Source: Chrysomallon squamiferum
Taxonomy: Eukaryota > Animalia > Mollusca
Direction of reading: 5' to 3'
NCBI GenBank assembly: GCA_012295275.1
Contig: CM022670.1
Span: 2,604,001-2,668,000, forward strand
DNA: 64,000 nt
Part shown: one piece after another, positions 1-15,894 of the stretch
Position numbering within the stretch: the stretch's first letter is position 1
How the letters are laid out: each line of letters begins with the position of its first letter
Translations under genes and position numbers: made by a program
The notes under the pieces: generated by a model
What the model saw: only the letters and a program-made list of their open reading frames with translations
Told to the model about the DNA's origin: nothing
The model's database searches: none

Positions 1-1938
1 TATACAAACCAACTCAACCGAAGTGTAACGTGAATAAAACTCTTTTATTTTTTTTTATTTTTTTTTTTTTTTTTTTTTTATTTATGATTATTATTATTAT
101 TATTTTTTTTTACAATGATTATCTCTAATTACTGCGGGCGCCCTTTTATCTCGGGAGGAATTTACAAAAGAAACATATTTTTTTCAGCGATTGTTTCCGG
201 GTCGTGTGTTGATGGGTGGGGCGGGTGATGGTGTAAACATCTGGTTATTTGTAATCAAACAATATCTCGACGGTAATGTTTTGCAAATTAATTAACCACA
301 GATTGCATTGTTACAGAGTAATGTTGTTCTTTTTTGTTTTGTTTTTTAATTTTTTTGTTTAAATTTATTTTTGTAAAAAAAAAAATTAATTAAATTCGAG
401 TCTATTATTTGTGCATTTGAATAGTCATAAACTAGGAAATTCAGAAAGCACTGGATTTTTGTTCTTACTGTTGTTGTTGTTATTATATAACTGAGTAATA
501 ATTAATTAACAAAACAAAAATATTTATAATATATTTAAAATGTACACTGAATTCCTGTATTCCATTATGGTCTTAGTCACAGTATGATCTCTATTTATTT
601 TTAATTATTAAAATTTCTTTCTTTCATTTACTCATATTTCTAAAACACAAAAAAAAAAAATAAAAATAAAAAATAAAAAACTTTATTAGAAATATTTATT
701 TATATAATTCTATTTTATTTTATTTTATTTTATTTTTTTTATTTATTTATTTATTTATTTTTCTGGCTGTTATTATATCAAGTTATTTATAAATATTTAG
801 GATAAAAAGTTTGAAAATTTTCATATTTTTCATATATAACAACAACAACAACAACAATAATAATAATAAGCAATAAATAAATAAAAAATAATATAAGCGA
901 TAAATAAATAAATAAATAAATAAATATATATATATATATATATAAAATAATAAGCAATAAATAAATTAAAAAATAATAATATAAGCGATATATATATATA
1001 TATAAATGTACTGAGTTTCGGGTTTCTCCATGAAGATTGAATCCAGTGACATGTAATGATAAGCGAGTAAGAATAACTCAAAAAGAATCAAAGACTTCAC
1101 ATTAATGTCGTTATACAAGAATTCGCCTTTATTTCATTTTAATATATGCACCGGTTTATGAAGCCAGATTGTCAGACAGATATGTGACACTGTATATCAC
1201 AACGTTCTCATCAATAAACAAGGTTATAAAAAAAAAACAGTATTATGTAGTGACTGGGTATAATAAAGTTAAATTATTTTTATGTGCTTCTTCCACGAAG
1301 CATTTGTAATAAAAGAAGAAGAAGAAGAAAAGGAAGAGAAAGAAGATTTTAAAAAGCACAGGCACAATAATGATATATACAAACTGCTCTTTATTTGCAT
1401 CTTCAGATAACTATTTCTCAGCCTCGTATTTGTCTATCATTTATCATATCTACAGAAAAAGGACTGAACTTTATGAAGTAGCTTAAAATAAACTGTTGAA
1501 ATTCTATACTAAAGGATCACATAGGTATTTATACCTGTATATATACATATTATTATTTTCATTATTATTATTTTTTTTTTTACGGTGAATGTTTCAACTG
1601 AATTATTTTCCACAAAAGCAACTCTGCAATGCATTCGTATGCGATGATAAAAACTGTTCGCTAGCAGTTGTCATTAAACGGACAAAGGAAACCTTTGTGA
1701 AGTAAAGAATAAAACACTTCAAAAAGATCACGAGATAGGTAAAGATTTAATTCAGCTTCTAAATAAAAAGAAATATACGGACTGCCTTATATTAATACCT
1801 TCAGAGGACCGATTATTAGTTCGTATGTAACATGTAATCCTTCAAAACTTGAGCGTACAAGTAAAATACCTCTGATGGGTTTAATGTAAATTTAGATTTT
1901 TGGGTGCACTGTTATGCTATGATTGAAAGTCAGTTTTG

Positions 1939-2010
<72 letters not shown>

Positions 2011-2040
2011 TTTATAAATATTTTATTTCTAATTCAATTG

Positions 2041-2106
<66 letters not shown>

Positions 2107-2830
2107 GTTATTGTTGTTGTTGTCATTATTATTATCACTATTGTTGTTGTTGTTATTACAAACGAATGGTACATTAAACGAAAATAAATCAAGAACTTTC
2201 TTCCTTTGTTCTCAAAATCTATACTGTTTTAATTATTAATCAATTGTAGGAAATGACTTCATTATAAATTATATCCAATTCATTTATCAAATAATCCAAT
2301 TAATTTAATGTTTTCTGAATAAAGAATAAGAATTTTCAATATTCGAATGTATATTTATAAATAGGTATGTACTTATATAAATATGTGCATGTTTGTAAAT
2401 ATATGTGTATAATTATGCCTAATAAAACTGCATATAAATACATATAGTTTATTTTATTTATACTAGACAGTTGTCATGTGATTTTTAGGTGATCAGATAT
2501 TATGAATTATAAAAAATTATTACTGAAGAGATCGAAAAATAAATTTATAATGAAAAACCTGTTTGAAAAATTGAGCAGTTTAAAAATCAAATTATTTATG
2601 ATCTGATAATTGCTATGCATTTCAAAATTTCAAATAAATAAATAAATACTTAAAAGCAAGTAAACATTTTTAGTTTTTAAAGCTAACTGTGTCATCATAT
2701 AATTATTTGTGGGGAATTTTCATACGAAACACTATTAATAATAAAATACACAATCAAGTAAATTAGAAAATAAATAAATAAATAAATAAAAAAAATAAAT
2801 AAATAAATAAAATAAAAAATAAATAAATAA

Positions 2831-2874
<44 letters not shown>

Positions 2875-3654
2875 GTAAATAAATAAGTAAATAAGAATAA
2901 ATAAATAAATAAACAAACAAAAAAACAAATTAATAAATAAGTAAATAAATAAGTAAATAAATAAATATATATATATATATAAATAAATGAATAAATAAAT
3001 AAACAAACAAATAAAGAAACAAATAAATAAATAAGTAAATAAATAAATAAATAAATATAAACTATAAAGAAAAATACGCAATGAAACACAAATTTATTTG
3101 ACAATTTTCTTTTCTTTTTTCTTTTTCCTTTGTTGATTTGTTTCTTTCTTTCTTTCATTTCATACTTTCGTTCTTTCATTATTAATGCGGTATTTATATT
3201 TAAGCTACGTTTCTTTATACTGTAATATTCGTTTTTGTTTGTTTTAATGTACTGACGATCAATAGATACTTTATCACATTAACTCTTGTTAGAATTAATA
3301 GAAAGTAAAATAAAAGATTAAGGGGACTTTCTTTAATTAGCAGTTTACTCAGTGAAGAAGAATTCGTGTTATTTGTGTTTTAATAACTGGAGAATCTTAA
3401 ATAAGATAAGGAAATATTGCGAGATCTGATAAACCGGGTGTTTCAAAAAATCCATTAAACTGACCGTTAGAAAGTGAATTTTATACAACTTGAAAATTAG
3501 TATTTGTGTAATCTGAAGTATATTCATATAAATAAATAAATATATATATATATATAAATTTTATATAACTTTAATATTGGTGTAATTTGAATTATATTCA
3601 TAAATGCTAACACACATACACATACAAACATTTTATTGTTATTATTTATTTACG

Positions 3655-3706
<52 letters not shown>

Positions 3707-3879
3707 ATTATTATTATTATTATTAAAATACCGCTAAACGGCATCCGTCTTTTAAGCTAGTCCAAACAGTGTTGACATTTTAGTCTTCACCTAGTACGTA
3801 ACCACGTGGTAGCTTGAGGGCTAGGGTCACGCGTACATTTCATTTACCAAGCATCGTATTTATTATTTAAATAAAAAGT

Positions 3880-3914
<35 letters not shown>

Positions 3915-4331
3915 TTGTGTGTGTTTGTTTGTGAGTGTGTGTGTGAGTCAATGATTACTGATAATAGAGGGTGGCTTCCTTTTGAAGCTAACGTTACACA
4001 GAAAGAATGAAAATACTTAGAAATAATTATATTTCTTGGAATTAGCCTTGTGTAAGCGTTCTAATATGTCTGAGAGATAATCTTATAGACAGATAGATAT
4101 ACAGACATATAGACTGAATGATAGATACGAATGTAGATAGACAGACAGATAGATAGATAGATAAATAGATAGATATATAGATAGATAGACAGATAATAAG
4201 AGCGAACACAAACACTGGCATCTAGATTTAACAGCAGCATCAAAAGGACTGGACATAATAAATAACTTACGAAACAGCAGGAACCAAACAAAAAACAACG
4301 AGAGTTAAAAAGAAACGTAAAAGTTACTTAC

Positions 4332-4807
4332 CTCGAGTTCGTGCAGTCGTCGTAGAGGATGTCGAACTCTTTACACGACACGAGCTTACATCTGTTTACA
4401 CCCGGCTGTATGGCCCCGAGACCCCTAAGGATCCGGACCTGTTCGACGTTGCACACGATGGGGGTGATGTCGAGACGCTTGAGTTTGGTGTAGACGGTGT
4501 GCAGACCTCCGACTAGGTGTTTCAGGAACAGTTCGAACGCCTGCGGAAGACAAATCAGCTCACGGTTGTCCACCAGAAACGCGGCGATTTTCGCCCCTCG
4601 GTAGTCAATGAGTTTGCACACGTTGTTTTCCGGGTGGCAGGCCACTGGAGGGGGTGAGCTGTAGCTGGTCGCTTTCTGGAGTTTATTCATCAAATTCAGA
4701 GGGTGGGCCAGGCTCGGGGTGATCCCGGGGGTCGGGCTGGCCTGGGAGACGGAATGAATCCCCTCCCGGACCGCCTGACTCTGGGGTGACTCCATCATTC
4801 CGAACAT
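4332..4807 (-). CDS. dac: Dachshund homolog, first coding exon (DD1/Dachbox-N, Ski/Sno/Dac domain); the rest of the gene lies beyond the window start
   Basis: The ORF contains CKLIDYRGAKIAAF...ICLPQAFELFLKHLVGGLHTVYTKLKRLDITPIVCNVEQVRILRGLGAIQPGVNRCKL, the hallmark Dachshund DD1 sequence. It ends ...CTNS(R) at a canonical donor AG|gtaagt (4332/4331), phase 2. Confidence 0.97.
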
Positions 4808-5370
4808 GAGTAGAACGAACGGAAAGAAATGTATTCAAGTGAGCATAAGCTCGATTCCTCAAAAGATAAATACAATTGAAGTTATTCGTAAGCGGGGCTG
4901 ACTTACTGCGCCGCGAAGCCCCGCCCACCGCGAGCCGCGCTTCACCCGCTGTCGACTCGAGCCGTCAATCAACGGAACGTCAACCGCTAATTCGCACCGG
5001 AACTGCTTGTACAAATATCGTAAATACGGAGTAGACACGGCTCTTGCTTGTACAACTTGTTGTCATTTATGGACAGCATAAAATAAAGCAAAGGTTAAAC
5101 TAGCCCTTCAGGTGGCAGCGTTCTGTTGTTAAAAATAAGCGCCTCGGCTCTCGCCTCGTGCTCGAGGTGGTGGCTGGGAGCCGGGCCGAACTATTGATCC
5201 GGACTGATAAAAAAAAAAAGATAAAAAAATCTTTGCAATACGATGCAGAATTGCGTAGAATTGCCAACAAATATGTTAACGTTTGCCGATATTTTCCGCA
5301 GCCGGTTTTCATCTTGATTTTCGCTGCTTCAGAGGAAACCGCAGCACATTTCAGGGATTTCGTTGACTTA
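4808..5370 (-). promoter_or_regulatory. GC/CpG-enriched 5' UTR and proximal promoter region of dachshund
   Basis: Non-repetitive, CpG-rich island immediately upstream of the dac ATG in an AT-rich background. The exact TSS cannot be determined from sequence. Confidence 0.55.
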
Positions 5371-5763
5371 ATATCAATAAATCATTATTATTATTATTAT
5401 TATTATTATTTTTTTATTTTATTATTATTTTTATTATTATTATTATTTTTTTAAATAAAATAAAATTAAAAATTAAAAATAACTCTTATCAAGCAAGTAT
5501 TGATGCCCTTGAATTAACAGTTGGGTTTGTTTGAACAATGGTATTACTTTCTCGTGACAGCCTTTGTTAGGTGGATAAACTTTACAATTTGCATTTCCAC
5601 GATCAAAGACTGTTTTGAAAGGGTAAATAAATAATAAGTGATTATATTTGACCGGATTTCTTGAGAAAAACAGAAATATTTGTCCCTGACACAAGATATA
5701 AGATGTAAAATCGCGACATTATCGGATTTACATATAAATAAATAAATAAATATATTTATATGT

Positions 5764-6071
<308 letters not shown>

Positions 6072-8287
6072 GCTCACTGTTTCGCTGTCACTGCTATTGT
6101 TGCTGCTGCTGCTGATAGTAGTAGTAATACTCTAATACTTATGCAGCTGTTGTAATATGGCTACAGTGTACTACTAATATTACTACGATTGCTGGTCTTA
6201 TTTTTGTTGTTACTGTGATTATTGTTTATGATAATAATAATTAGTAGTAGTATTACTTTTATTATTGTTATTTATTATAAAATTTTAAAAACCCAATATA
6301 ATAATAATAATAATAATATATATAACAATAATAATAATAATACAACAATAACAATAATATATAATAATAACAACAATAATAATAATAATAACGACAACAA
6401 TAATAACAATAATAATAAATCGATGCAATAAACAATAAATGAAACTAGATTAAAAACAAAACAAAAACAAACAACACAACACAACAAAAAAACAATCAGA
6501 CAAATAAAACAAATGTTATTGCAAATAAGAAATAAATAAAAATTCACCAAGTATAATAAAATGATAAAATTATCATTATCACCATCGTTGTTGTCTTTCC
6601 TGTTGATAGATACGAAGTTTTATTGATTTTTTTAAATTTTATTTTTACGTAATCTTTTTTTAATTTTTTTTTTATATATTTTCTTGTTACTATTTATTTA
6701 TTCATTTATTTGATTATTCTTCTCCTTCTTTTCTCCTCCTCCTCCTCCTCCTCCTCCTCCTCCTTCTTCTTCTTCTTCTTCTTCTTCTTCTTCTTCTTCT
6801 TCTTCTTCTTCTTCTTCTTCTATTACTGAATTACTTACCTACTTAATTAATTTATTTATATATATATATATTTATTTATTTATTTTCATATAGAATTTGT
6901 GGACAGAAAGACAGAGAGACGGATAGAGAGTCAGACAGAGAGCCATTACTGGACCAGAAAAACGCGAGAAAGAAAACCGTGAGAAGGAGAGAAAGAAAAG
7001 AAAGAAAGAAAGAAAGAAAGAAAGAGATAGAGAAGCATACGGCTGAAAGAGAGAAAGAGAAAGTCAAAGAAAAAACAAAAAGAGAAAATTATATTTATAA
7101 TAAAACATTACTTCACCATCTCTGTTTGCCCCAAAACTTAAAAATAATTTATAAAATAAAAGCTAGAGAGACGACAAAAATTAATAGAAGACTTTATGGG
7201 GGAACAAGAAAGGAGAAAAAAAAAAAAGAAGAAGAAGGGTAGGAGGAAATTAGGAAAACGAGGATGCAACAAATTTACAACTTCAGCCACCTCGTTAACA
7301 GAAAAAAAAAAAAAAAACAGAGGAAAAAGGAGAGGAAAGAGAGAAACATTCGGTAACTGTGAATGGGACAATAATTTTCTTCAAGTTTAAACGTGGTATG
7401 CTGGAACTGCTCGTGTTACATACGTGCACTGGGTTATCCTGTTCAGTCTTGATGAATAGTTCTGGGAATTTTGATTGAAACCGAAATCGTCGGAAACCGA
7501 AATATTGCAGAAGGCTGCGACATGTTTCCCCGCCATTGCTGCAAAGAATTTACATTTTTTTGTTCGCGTCGACAATTTTACATTCAGACGAGAACGTCCT
7601 GAGTCTTCTTCGGTCGATAAAAATTATTCTGATTTCTTCTTCTTTTGTTATTTTTCGTTTTTAAAATCCTTTATTGCACTATCTTCAACTGTATATGTTT
7701 ATAAATACCTTTATGCTGCATATCAGTTCAACTTATTTTGCATCTCGATATCTTGTGAACTGAGAGGTCACGTGTTAACACAAGAGCCAATCAAACCGAG
7801 CGTTACTTTCTTTGAGAGTTTTGATGTCCGAATCGCTATGATATAAAAATTAAGGGTAACTTTACAGTGTATAAACTAGGTTTGTGTAACACTGTTTAAA
7901 ATAACTGTAACCATATTTTTACAAATCTCCACAAAAGGTATTTTTGTTAACGTACAGACTTCGTAATCGAAGACGCGTTTTTTTCATACCTTGTTGCAAT
8001 AATTTGTTTTAAATTATAAGAATCTATTATACAGCTTAATAAATTGTTCCTAACCATTCGCCTTGCTGTTAAGTTACTAGTGTACATAAAATAACATCAG
8101 TATTTTTTAAATTTAATTAATTGTTTGTCTTTTTATTTATTTATATTTAATTTCCATTCATTGTATTCTTCATTGCCTATTATAGCCGTCTATATCATCA
8201 TCTTCATTATCATCATAATAATCTGTATCATCTATTTCATCATCATCACCATCATCATCATAATAAAAAAATAATGATAATAACAAC

Positions 8288-8323
<36 letters not shown>

Positions 8324-9023
8324 TTTATTATAGTTATTATTATTGCTTTTGTTGTTGTTGTCATTATTAGTATTAATAAAACTAATTAATTACCTTTCCG
8401 TTTGTTCTTTTATTTACTCTACATTTCCATGTTCCATTATGTAAGTGTTTATATATAAAAACATGTGCATATAAATCGTACACTAATATATTCCTGTTCA
8501 TTTCCTACCGAAACACGCAAAAGAAGACAATGACATGCAAATGTAGACACTAGAATTAATTCAGTGTCGTTCTAGTAATTGTTTTCTTTTTATTCGGTTT
8601 TGATCAACTGAAGGGAGGTTCTAGAATCTTGCACAGAGGGTGTGCATATATTTGACTGCAGGTCCGAACCACAAAATAAAAATTTCTACATTAATATCAA
8701 CATGGTTTGCTTTTTTTATTTATTAAAAAAAAATTCTATTACTTTTTTCATTTTAATAGATTTATACTTTATCCTTTTTTCGTATTTTTTTCTCCTTACG
8801 CCATTCTTTTTTTTCTTTTTCGTCAATATTTTACTTTATTATTTTTTCCTTTATTCTTTAAATATCGTATTTTCTCTTTGTCTTCCTTCTTCATATATAC
8901 TTAATATATACTTTTTCTTTCTTTTTTACCTTTCTTCTTAGTCAAAAGATAAAATAACTGAGGTTTACGAGTTCAGTCTACAGATGCAGTGTCTTTTTAA
9001 AAGCAGTTTTACCTGTAAACAAA

Positions 9024-9196
9024 CCCTAGCCACACCCTACGAAACGAGACCTAGAACAACCCAGATTATTATTCTAATGCCCACCCACACACGATGAAAC
9101 AAGTCCTAAAACAACTCCTGTTATTATTCCAATACCTAGTCACAAACCCTACCCACCCCCTTTAAACGAGTCCCCGAAACTACCCTGATTATTATT
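9024..9196. repeat. Degenerate ~55-65 bp tandem repeat, 3 copies
   Basis: Recurring (g)aaacgagtcct..aacaac.c.gattattattc. Confidence 0.6.
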
Positions 9197-10361
9197 ACTA
9201 CTGTGTTTTACAGAGCGAATAAAGATCCGTGATTTATCATCAGCGGTTAGAAGACATCTGTCACCGTGGCACGTAATTCTCGTTTTTACCTGGACTTAGT
9301 CGTGTGCGTGTCTTCAGAAAGCTTTATTAATATTTAAACAAATCTTTCCACAGCGGTGCATTCACTCTCGCCGCAAAACCGGATATTAAAACTGTTCGTT
9401 TTGCTTTTTACGTATTGTGAAAGTGTGCATTAAGAGTGGTCTGATAAACTGTTGTAATGCACGAGATATAAATGAAGACGATAAAGAGAAAAGAGAAATA
9501 AAAATTTAAAAAAAAGAAAAAAGAAAGGAAAGATGTTCAGACTGTACTGAATGAGATAGTAGAAGAATAGAAGAGAGATGTGTTTGAGAAATGATGCAAT
9601 GTAAATAAATACGCAGTCGAAATGGTAAGTAAATAACGAAAAGACGGTATATAAAAAAAACAGAAAAACAAACATATACAAATACATAAATAAAAAATAA
9701 AAAATAAAAATAAATAAATGAACAAACAAACAAACAAACAAATAAAAAAAAAAAAAAAAAGGCCGACGTCGTATTAGGTAATGTAAATTCGTAAAGGGAA
9801 AAAAAAGAGAGAGACAGACAGGTAAGATACATGGCTAGAGCGATGGTCGATCAGACAAATACAGACAGACAGACAGACAGACAGACAGCAGTTATACACG
9901 GAATTATCGATGGAATGTAGGATACGCAGTTAGATAAGGAGAAAGAAAGATAAACAAAAAACAAAACAAAATGAAAGCAGTAGATAAACAGTGACAGAGA
10001 GATAAAGGAAACAAAGGGCACGGACCGAGATAAATTTATATAAATACGTAGACAGAAAGACTTACAACCGGACGGACACTTAGATTAAAAATAAAATAAA
10101 AACAAAAATAAAATAAAATAAAATAAAATAAAATAAAATAAAATAAAATAAACAAACAAACAAACAAACAAACAAATGAATAAATAAAATAAAATAAAAT
10201 ATGATAAAATAAATAAACAAGCAAACAAACAAACAAACAAACAAACAAACAAATAAATTAACATAAAATAAATAAATAAATAAATAAATAAATAAGAATT
10301 AAATGTTTAATATAAAAACAAATGAACGAACTTTTTTCTTTGTCTTTTATTTTTTTTATTT

Positions 10362-10398
<37 letters not shown>

Positions 10399-11966
10399 CT
10401 CTGAATTAAAGAAAAAGGGGACAGACAAAAAAAAAAAAAAAAAAAAAGTTTTTTCAAAAAAGGTGAAAATATTTACTTTATCGATCTGGAACACACAAAG
10501 AGAAACTCGTACAATCACCGCTCTCGTGTTAAACCCAGAGATGTGGTTTTTACAGTCTCAGCGATTTCTGTGGGTTTTTTTTTTCTTTTTTTCTCCCCCC
10601 TCGGCTATCGAATTAAGAAATTTGTTAATCTGCAAATGCACACGAAATGAGGAAGTTTGAAATTAGCGAAACCACTGATGTTTCCCTTCGTTCGTTGACA
10701 CAGACCAAACTTCGGCATCCTCAGCAAAGCTTGTTGTTGAATCTGTAATTATGACGGCTGATTCGAAACTGATTCTGAATTTTGTTGGTTTTTTTAAAAA
10801 AAAAAAAAAAAAAAAACAAAGAAAGTAAATAACTGGAGAATTTGTTAGTAAAAAAAAAAATGTGTTATTTGTAAACGTCGTGAGAAAATAAAGAAAAATA
10901 AATAAAGAAGTTATTATTATTAATAGTTAATTAATTTATTTTATCTTTCAATTCATTTTTCATACGATACATCAAAAAAAAAAAAAAAAAAAAAAAATTT
11001 AATAGACGATACTGAAATTAATAATAAACAAAATGCAATACTTCAATAATAAAATAAAATTATAAAATTAATTAATAAATTAATATGTCTAGTTTGATAA
11101 TTTTAAACATTTTTAAGTTTTAAAATTTTAATTTTTTTTTATTTTTACAAATTTTACCTTTAATCTTATCCTTATAAATTCAGATGTGTATGATCTATAT
11201 GTGGTCACCAGGTTTAATTCTGAGATATTCCTGTCCATATTAAAATTCCACGCATGTGCATTTTCATTTTGTTACTATATATCTGCAATACATTCTTCTC
11301 TGTACTGTAATCCTACAGTTTATGAGAATAAAGTCGTTGTCACTGTTATAGGCTGAAACATTGGCTTTATCCGATATCTCAAAACATGATCCGAATTATA
11401 AACTCATTTATTATCTTTTAAACAATCCTGAAGATGCGTTTTAATTATAACAACGCTAATCACAAGCAAAGTGGAATATTTTATATTCATCTTTCTATAG
11501 AGAAAAAAATCGTATACAAATTTAGCGAAACTTTGACTGGAACGGGAAATAAGTAAAAAGCTACGCAAAAGAAAAAACAATCCTACGAAACATATAATTT
11601 ATCAAAAGATATAATCATAAAAGTATACTGGCTAATTATTATAAAAGGTGTTACTTCATTTTATGTATTCTTTGGTGATAAAAGATTTGTAATTTTCAAT
11701 AATGGCTAATCCTCAAATATTGATGTATGTGTGTGTGTGTGTGTGTGTGTGTTTTTGTACAGATGATAAATATAAGCTGAAAAACAGAGGTTCGTAACAT
11801 ATTGAGATTAAAATCTAAAAATTATTGCGAAAAATAAAGTTACGGTGAAACGTGTTATGTGAAATAACGATTTGTGCAGCCATTTGTAATTATCAGTAGA
11901 TTATTTTATGCGTAACAGAGCTAAATGATTTTTTAGCTTTTTAAACCAGTACAATTATAACAATGC

Positions 11967-12052
<86 letters not shown>

Positions 12053-12058
12053 CCTCCC

Positions 12059-12097
<39 letters not shown>

Positions 12098-12586
12098 CTG
12101 AATAGCTGAATAATATCTATCTATCCGTCGTTATAATTATATCTGAGTTTGTTGTTTGTCTGCGAAAAATGTCTCTGTCCGTCTGTTTATGTTTCTTTTT
12201 GCTCAGCAAATCAAATCATCGATCCGTCCGTCTATCTATCTGCCAACCTGTCTGTCTGTCTCTTTAATTCCCTTTCTCTTAGTTGCACGCACTCATTCTA
12301 TCACCTCTGTCTGAGTTTCTGTTAACATTTTATTGCTATGGTCTACGGTTCTTCGGTGGTGGCAATGCGCTCATCTAAACTGCCAAAACAAGGAAAGGGT
12401 TGAATGAGTCCACTATATACTAATTACTCAGACCGTACTTGGATCATTAAGCAGGAAAACAGAGGTAGTGCACTGTGTCACTCCTTGACGTTTTGGGGTG
12501 TGGTTCGTATAAACAATTACAGTTGAAGACAGTCTTAATGTAATGCACTACTGACAGAAGTAGCATGTGGTGGTGGTAGTAATGGT

Positions 12587-12735
12587 AGTATCAGCATTGC
12601 TGGTAGTAGGATTAGTAGCAATAGTAGTATCAGTATTGCTGGTAGTAGGATTAGTAGCAATAGTAGCAACAGTATTGCTGGTAGTAGGATTAGCAGCAAT
12701 AGTAGCAACAGTATTGCTGGTAGCAGGATTAGTAA

Positions 12736-12740
<5 letters not shown>
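12587..12740. repeat. 39-bp minisatellite, about 4 copies, derived from (AGT/AGC)n
   Basis: cagtattgctggtagtaggattagtagcaatagtag repeated. Confidence 0.85.
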
Positions 12741-12768
<28 letters not shown>

Positions 12769-12871
12769 TAGTAGTAGCAGAGGTAGATTGATCTTAGTGC
12801 TAACAGCAGAAGTGGACGAAAGAGAGTAATAAAAAGTTTGTAGTATTAGAAGTTCGTATCACAGAAACAGC

Positions 12872-12908
<37 letters not shown>

Positions 12909-15170
12909 ATGACTCAGTGTTAATAACAATAGTACCAGTGATAACAGTTGTAGCAGTTGAAATAATAGTAACAACAGCAGAAGCAACAGCAGCACAAAAG
13001 TAAAAGCAGTGGTAGCTGTTATACAGTTACTGCTTTATAAGACGTCTTAGTTATGTCAGTTTTTATCTCCCACATAAAATACTTCCATCAGTAATAAATT
13101 AATAATATTAGTAACAGCTTGTGTGGAATAAATAACATCCAGGTTAGAAAATGATAGCTTAATTTTTACAAGAATTTAAAACAATGACTATGCATCACCA
13201 TTATGAAGCATTATTTCAGTTATTTCTTTATTTTGTGTTTTTTTTACAAAAGGGAAATAACTCATGTAATTGACAGGTTACGGATCAGCCAGACATCGGA
13301 TCGCACCCAGGTGAAGTTTATTGAGTAACTGTTCAGTCCAGATCTGTTTTTAACCCAAACTCAGTACTTGTTGACATAAATTTAAAAAAATAAAAGCCAG
13401 ATTGACAAATTAAGGCCTTTTAACACAATGGTCCGTATTAATGTAATTCGCTTTGATGGGATTTTGATGAACGCTTCCGGTCCGATGTCCCGTTTTTTAT
13501 CGTTCTTAGTACGAGACTTCCTCCACGGATGCACAGTTCATTTCGGTCTGTGGAGGAAAGACGTTTTTATAGTTATTTATTTTTCCACTTGAGGGCGCAA
13601 ACGTCTCGAGTACATTATTACGGCGATGCCACTTGCGTTTTATCATTTCCTGAACTATGGAAACAAATTGGCTTTAATTTAATGCAACGACGACATATTG
13701 CTTTACCGGGCGGTTTTGTCAAACCCTGTTACAAATGTGTGTCTTGTTCTCCTGTCTAGAACACGTTACGTGATTGGATGGTTTTCAGAGCTGATCAGTA
13801 AAGACCGAGTTACGAAAAACATTTTTTGAAAATTATAATATATATATATATATATTTTTTTGTCTTTTTTTTTTAAATTTATTTAGTTGGTTGGTAATTT
13901 TTGAGTAGTGCATGTATTTAAGTTTGTATAAAGTTTAACGAAAATTTTATATTTATTTTTATTTTATGAAATCCCATATTTATGCTGGCATGTCGTTAAT
14001 GTGAAGTTTGTCCATCCAGTTATTTATTTATTTATTGTTTGTTTGTTTGTCTGTCTTTCTGTTTGTTTAATTGTTAGCATCAGTATAATCAGTATAGCAT
14101 ACATACAACGATACATACAGATATACATACATACATACATATATACACACACACACACAGACACACACACACACACATATATATATGTACGTGAGTACAC
14201 AAATACAAACATCTGAAGACAAAGGTTACGACAACATGAAAGGCAACCTTGCTCCGCTTATTAAAACAAAGTGTGTCACCTATCTCATTAGTAACCTAGC
14301 AACCAAACCAGTCGGCTCCGACAAATGATTGATTTAACCGGAAAACGCCTATCGAAATAATTTTTCTTTTTTGGATTCAAATTTCCTTGTCTTCTTTTTC
14401 TTTTTTCTTTTTTTTTTCATAATCATAAATATTTCATTTTAAAGGAATTAATATCACACACAATGGTGAGGACTTCAAAGACGTTACGTTTGTTTCACAT
14501 CTCTTCTGCCTGTCTTCATGTTGTCATATTTCACGTGAATAATTCATAGTAAGAATGAAAATACACTTTTTATGATCTCTAGCTGTGCTAGCACGGTACC
14601 TGTGTGGAAGCCATCATTTTCTGTTTTATTAGCAGCTTCCTGTCCTAATACATTTCTCAGATCGTATACGTTTTAATTAGTATTATTCTGTCACAATTTT
14701 CCTTTTTCTGTTTGTTTTTCAAGTTCTTTTTATTTGTTTCTTTCACTGTCTCTTTGTTTCTCTCTCTTGCTTTCTTTCGTTATTTCTTTACCTCATACTT
14801 TCTCTCTTTCTTTCTTTATTTTTTCTCCTTTTTTCTTTCTTTGATTTTATTCTTTCTTTGTATGTTAAGTCATTACTTTGTTTTTCTTTCATTCGCACGT
14901 ACTTACGTTTTTCTTCTTTGCATTTCTTAATTGCACTCATTAGTTTTTTTTACTCATTCGCATAATCGTTTTTTTCGGTTTTTCATTCTTTCTTACTTTC
15001 TTGGATTCTTATCTGCTTTAAATAGATTTCCTTTGTTCTTTGTGAATGTATGCACGTGTGTGTATGTGCCTGTGTATTATATATAGATAAGTATGTATGC
15101 ATTTGTGACTACATTTGTATTTTGAGTTTGTATCACAAAATACGTTTACTTTGTGAATAATATAATTTTG

Positions 15171-15290
<120 letters not shown>

Positions 15291-15894
15291 TTATTACCTT
15301 ACTCCTTTTACAGTTAATAAAATAACAATATAAAATTGTTTCCATATTATTTACCATCTCCAGAATAATTTACATTGTAAATAGTGATAAAAATACAGGG
15401 TTTAATTTAACGTATTGACATGGATATAATGCGATACATTTGCCTAAAAGTTTAACTGTGCGTCGTAAATATTTTTGCATTGCCGTTTAAAGAAATGAAT
15501 TTTTTTGTTTTTGTTGCACATATCGACTGAAAAAAGCTGTTGCATATTTTATAGATTTTCGGAAGCCCGTGCTTTAAAGCTTTCATCCAGTCAATCTTTT
15601 ATTTACAAATAAAATAGGTTGAATGATATATTAGTAAGAAAAGATTTATTTTACACGTATAACTGGGACGCCTTCAAACAGTTACTAAATTACGATGTTT
15701 TTTAAAGTGTTTTTTTTTAATGTATATCAGCACATGTTTATAAAAGTTGTTAGAAAGGCGATTCTGATTATGAAGCTATTTTTCAAGAAGAAATGCATAT
15801 TTTTAAAACTCAGATAACATTATATTTATTGTTACAGCCTATTTGTATGTATTTATGAATAGCTAGGAGGATAATGTCTAATCACGACCTCAAA

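Noticed and set aside
1-4331. Second dachshund exon (expected to begin near RPGRPPKR)
   Set aside because: No such exon was found here; the region appears to be intronic.
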